DNA of 52,245 nt, counting the filler, from Ginglymostoma cirratum (taxonomy: Eukaryota): NCBI GenBank assembly GCA_024137785.1. It is 2 parts of 2 records of this genome, joined end to end, with 100 filler letters (N's around TTAATTAATTAA, not from the genome) between each part and the next. Parts side by side here need not be neighbours in the genome. Positions count along the whole stretch, not along the records: positions 25,299 to 52,245 come from JAHRHZ010000271.1; 1 more part is not named here. One strand, given 5' to 3'. Position 1 is the stretch's first letter; every line of letters starts with the position of its first letter. Under the pieces are notes generated by a model that did no database searches, had not been told where the DNA came from, and saw only the letters and a list, made by a program, of their open reading frames with translations. Positions 50,293 to 52,245 of this stretch are shown here, in pieces. The position numbers and the translations under genes were made by a program.

Positions 50293-52092
50293 CTAAGCAC
50301 AGACCAAACCAATGCTTCAGAACAGGAGTCTTGCCTTGGCCGCTTCTGTAAGGTCTGAAGGAACCAGTATCCCAAAAAAAATTCCCAAGATTTCAGGTTC
50401 AATACCTACGTAGTGAGAAAGGTCCAGATGTGACTGTTAGATTCTCACAATGGGTTTTGAAGAAAAAGTAACCAGATATCCTGCTTCTACTCCAACACAT
50501 TCCTTCTGGAAAATGTGTCAATGTGGAGATCAGACAATAGAATAGAACAGCACTGAGAAAGTGTGAAAAATATTTACAGAAGTGAAAGGGTCATACTGTC
50601 AAGGAAGAAAAGACCGAGAGGTATCTTCAGAGATATTCTCAAAATCATGAAAAAATTCCACTGGTAGGGAGGTCTACAAGAAATGGCCATAAACATAAGA
50701 TAGTCACTAACAATTCCAAAAAGGAATTCAAGAAAATCCTCTCTCCTCAAAGGTGATGGGAATGTATGACTTGCTATTGTGGATGAAGCAAATAGTATAG
50801 ATTCATTAAAGGGGAAGCTGGATTAGCACATGAGAGAGAAAGAAATGTGTTGATAGTGTGAGATAAAGTAGGTTGGAGGAAATGTCAAATGCCACATAGA
50901 TATGTCAGGCCTTTAGTCTGTGCTGCACAGCATTGTATAAATGCTCTGTAGAAAAATTGACCATTGGCTCATTGTCTGTTGATGCTTTGTACTGAGCTGT
51001 TTTCCTGGAATTGTTGGTCAGTGGTGGTTTTCAATAGCCTTCCACTCTCAGGGCAAGGAAAGGAAGAATGTTGCAAGACTACAATGGCTGAATTGGGAAT
51101 TGGCCGTTATCCCAAGTCTTATGTCAGTCACTTAGCCAATTGAGCTCAATTCTTTATAATTTGATTCAAATATGTCAACATTTGCCTTGGGGCCCAGCCT
51201 CCCCTTGCTCATCCTTACCTCTGAATAACCCACTAACATACTATCCATGAGACATAATGCAACATGCCCTTTTTCCTAAGATGAAAAATTATGTTTCAAA
51301 CCAATATGCAAGGTTTTATAGAGACACGTCTTGTCAGTTGTAGAAACAGATAGAACAGAGGTTCTGGGACTAATAAATTCAATCTTCAATGTAATGCTTT
51401 TGGGGAGTGCAGGGGAAGAGTTGGTTTGACAACACATTCAGATCTGGTGATCAGGTACTCTTCGGGAGAGACACATATAATCCTCTGTCCAACTTGTCTG
51501 TCTTACCACTGGTCGCTGTCACTCATCACTACTGCCCAATCATCATCAGAGTGTCCTACCTCACTGTTGTGGTGCATGAATACTGTGCAGTCTGACCTGG
51601 CTTCTGCTGCTTTGTGATATAGTACCATCATCAGCAATAGTTGCATGATCTGAGATGGTTGCACATTTTAGAAGCCTTTGCTGGTATCCAAGTATTTGGA
51701 TTTGAATTTAAAACTCTCACATTCTGCTCAGTGCACACTTTTGGTAGTTCTCTATCTAGTCATTTAACATATACCTCTTTCATTCTCCTTCGCATGTGAA
51801 GAAAGATGTCATGTATTTCAGAAAGGTTAGAGAATTGACTGCTGGGTAGCGTCATTTATACTTGCCTTCTGAGTGTAGGTTATGATGGGAATGGTAATCT
51901 CTTCTCTATTGGTGTTGTAGGGAAATGCAGCATTACAACAATGAAAGTCTTGCTCAGTTGCTCAGCACTTAATGATCACTGATTTGATAGTACATGCCAT
52001 ACAGTCTGCTAGGCCTTTTGTGCATTGATGATGCAGTGATGGTACGACTTTTCAAGATCGTCTGTAGATTAGAAACTATTCTTTCTTTAAGA

Positions 52093-52245
52093 CAACAAGC
52101 ATGGGGCTGGATGAACACAGCAGGTCAAGCAGCATCATAGGAGCAGGAAAACTTGACGTTTCGGGCCGAAACCCTTCATCAGAAATGGGGGAGGGGAAGA
52201 GGGTTCTGAAATAAATAGGGAGAGAGGGGGAGGCGGATAGAGGAT
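52093..52245 (-). mobile_element. Penelope-derived hammerhead-containing repeat, truncated by the window end
   Basis: Nearly identical to about 25339-25436 and to the reverse complement of about 25930-26085. Core on the minus strand at 52156-52183. Confidence 0.8.

Noticed and set aside
484-51617. Remaining 60-170 aa ORFs in the ORF track
   Set aside because: They are antisense shadows of real exons, LINE fragments or chance ORFs with TTG/GTG starts. No OARD1, TSPO2 or NFYA exons, tRNA/rRNA genes or CRISPR arrays were recognised.

Overview
Vertebrate genomic DNA, almost certainly from a shark or other cartilaginous fish (HE1 V-SINEs, DeuSINE-like SINEs, CR1, Rex/Babar and Penelope repeats). 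There are two spliced genes, both on the minus strand. (1) APOBEC2 has two coding exons (41390-41257 and 31921-31387) that splice in frame to a 222-aa protein with an intact HAE...PCxxC zinc motif. (2) Just downstream is an immunoglobulin-superfamily gene with nine coding exons joined by phase-1 GT-AG introns (22921 to 1961, about 946 aa without a leader). Its order is IgV, IgC1, one transmembrane exon, then SIX further IgC1 domains. The ectodomain looks like B7-H6/NCR3LG1 or tapasin (V-C1). The Ig array after the TM would be cytoplasmic in type I topology, and two of the six domains have lost the canonical F-strand cysteine. This architecture is the main candidate for an undescribed system. 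No clean ATG leader exon was found; a near-miss candidate lies at about 27990-28035. The remainder is repeat-rich: nested LINEs/SINEs, a palindromic Penelope element, many minimal hammerhead-ribozyme motifs, a 660-bp solo LTR, a perfect 118-bp direct duplication and two assembly gaps. All calls were made by eye, and repeat boundaries are approximate.
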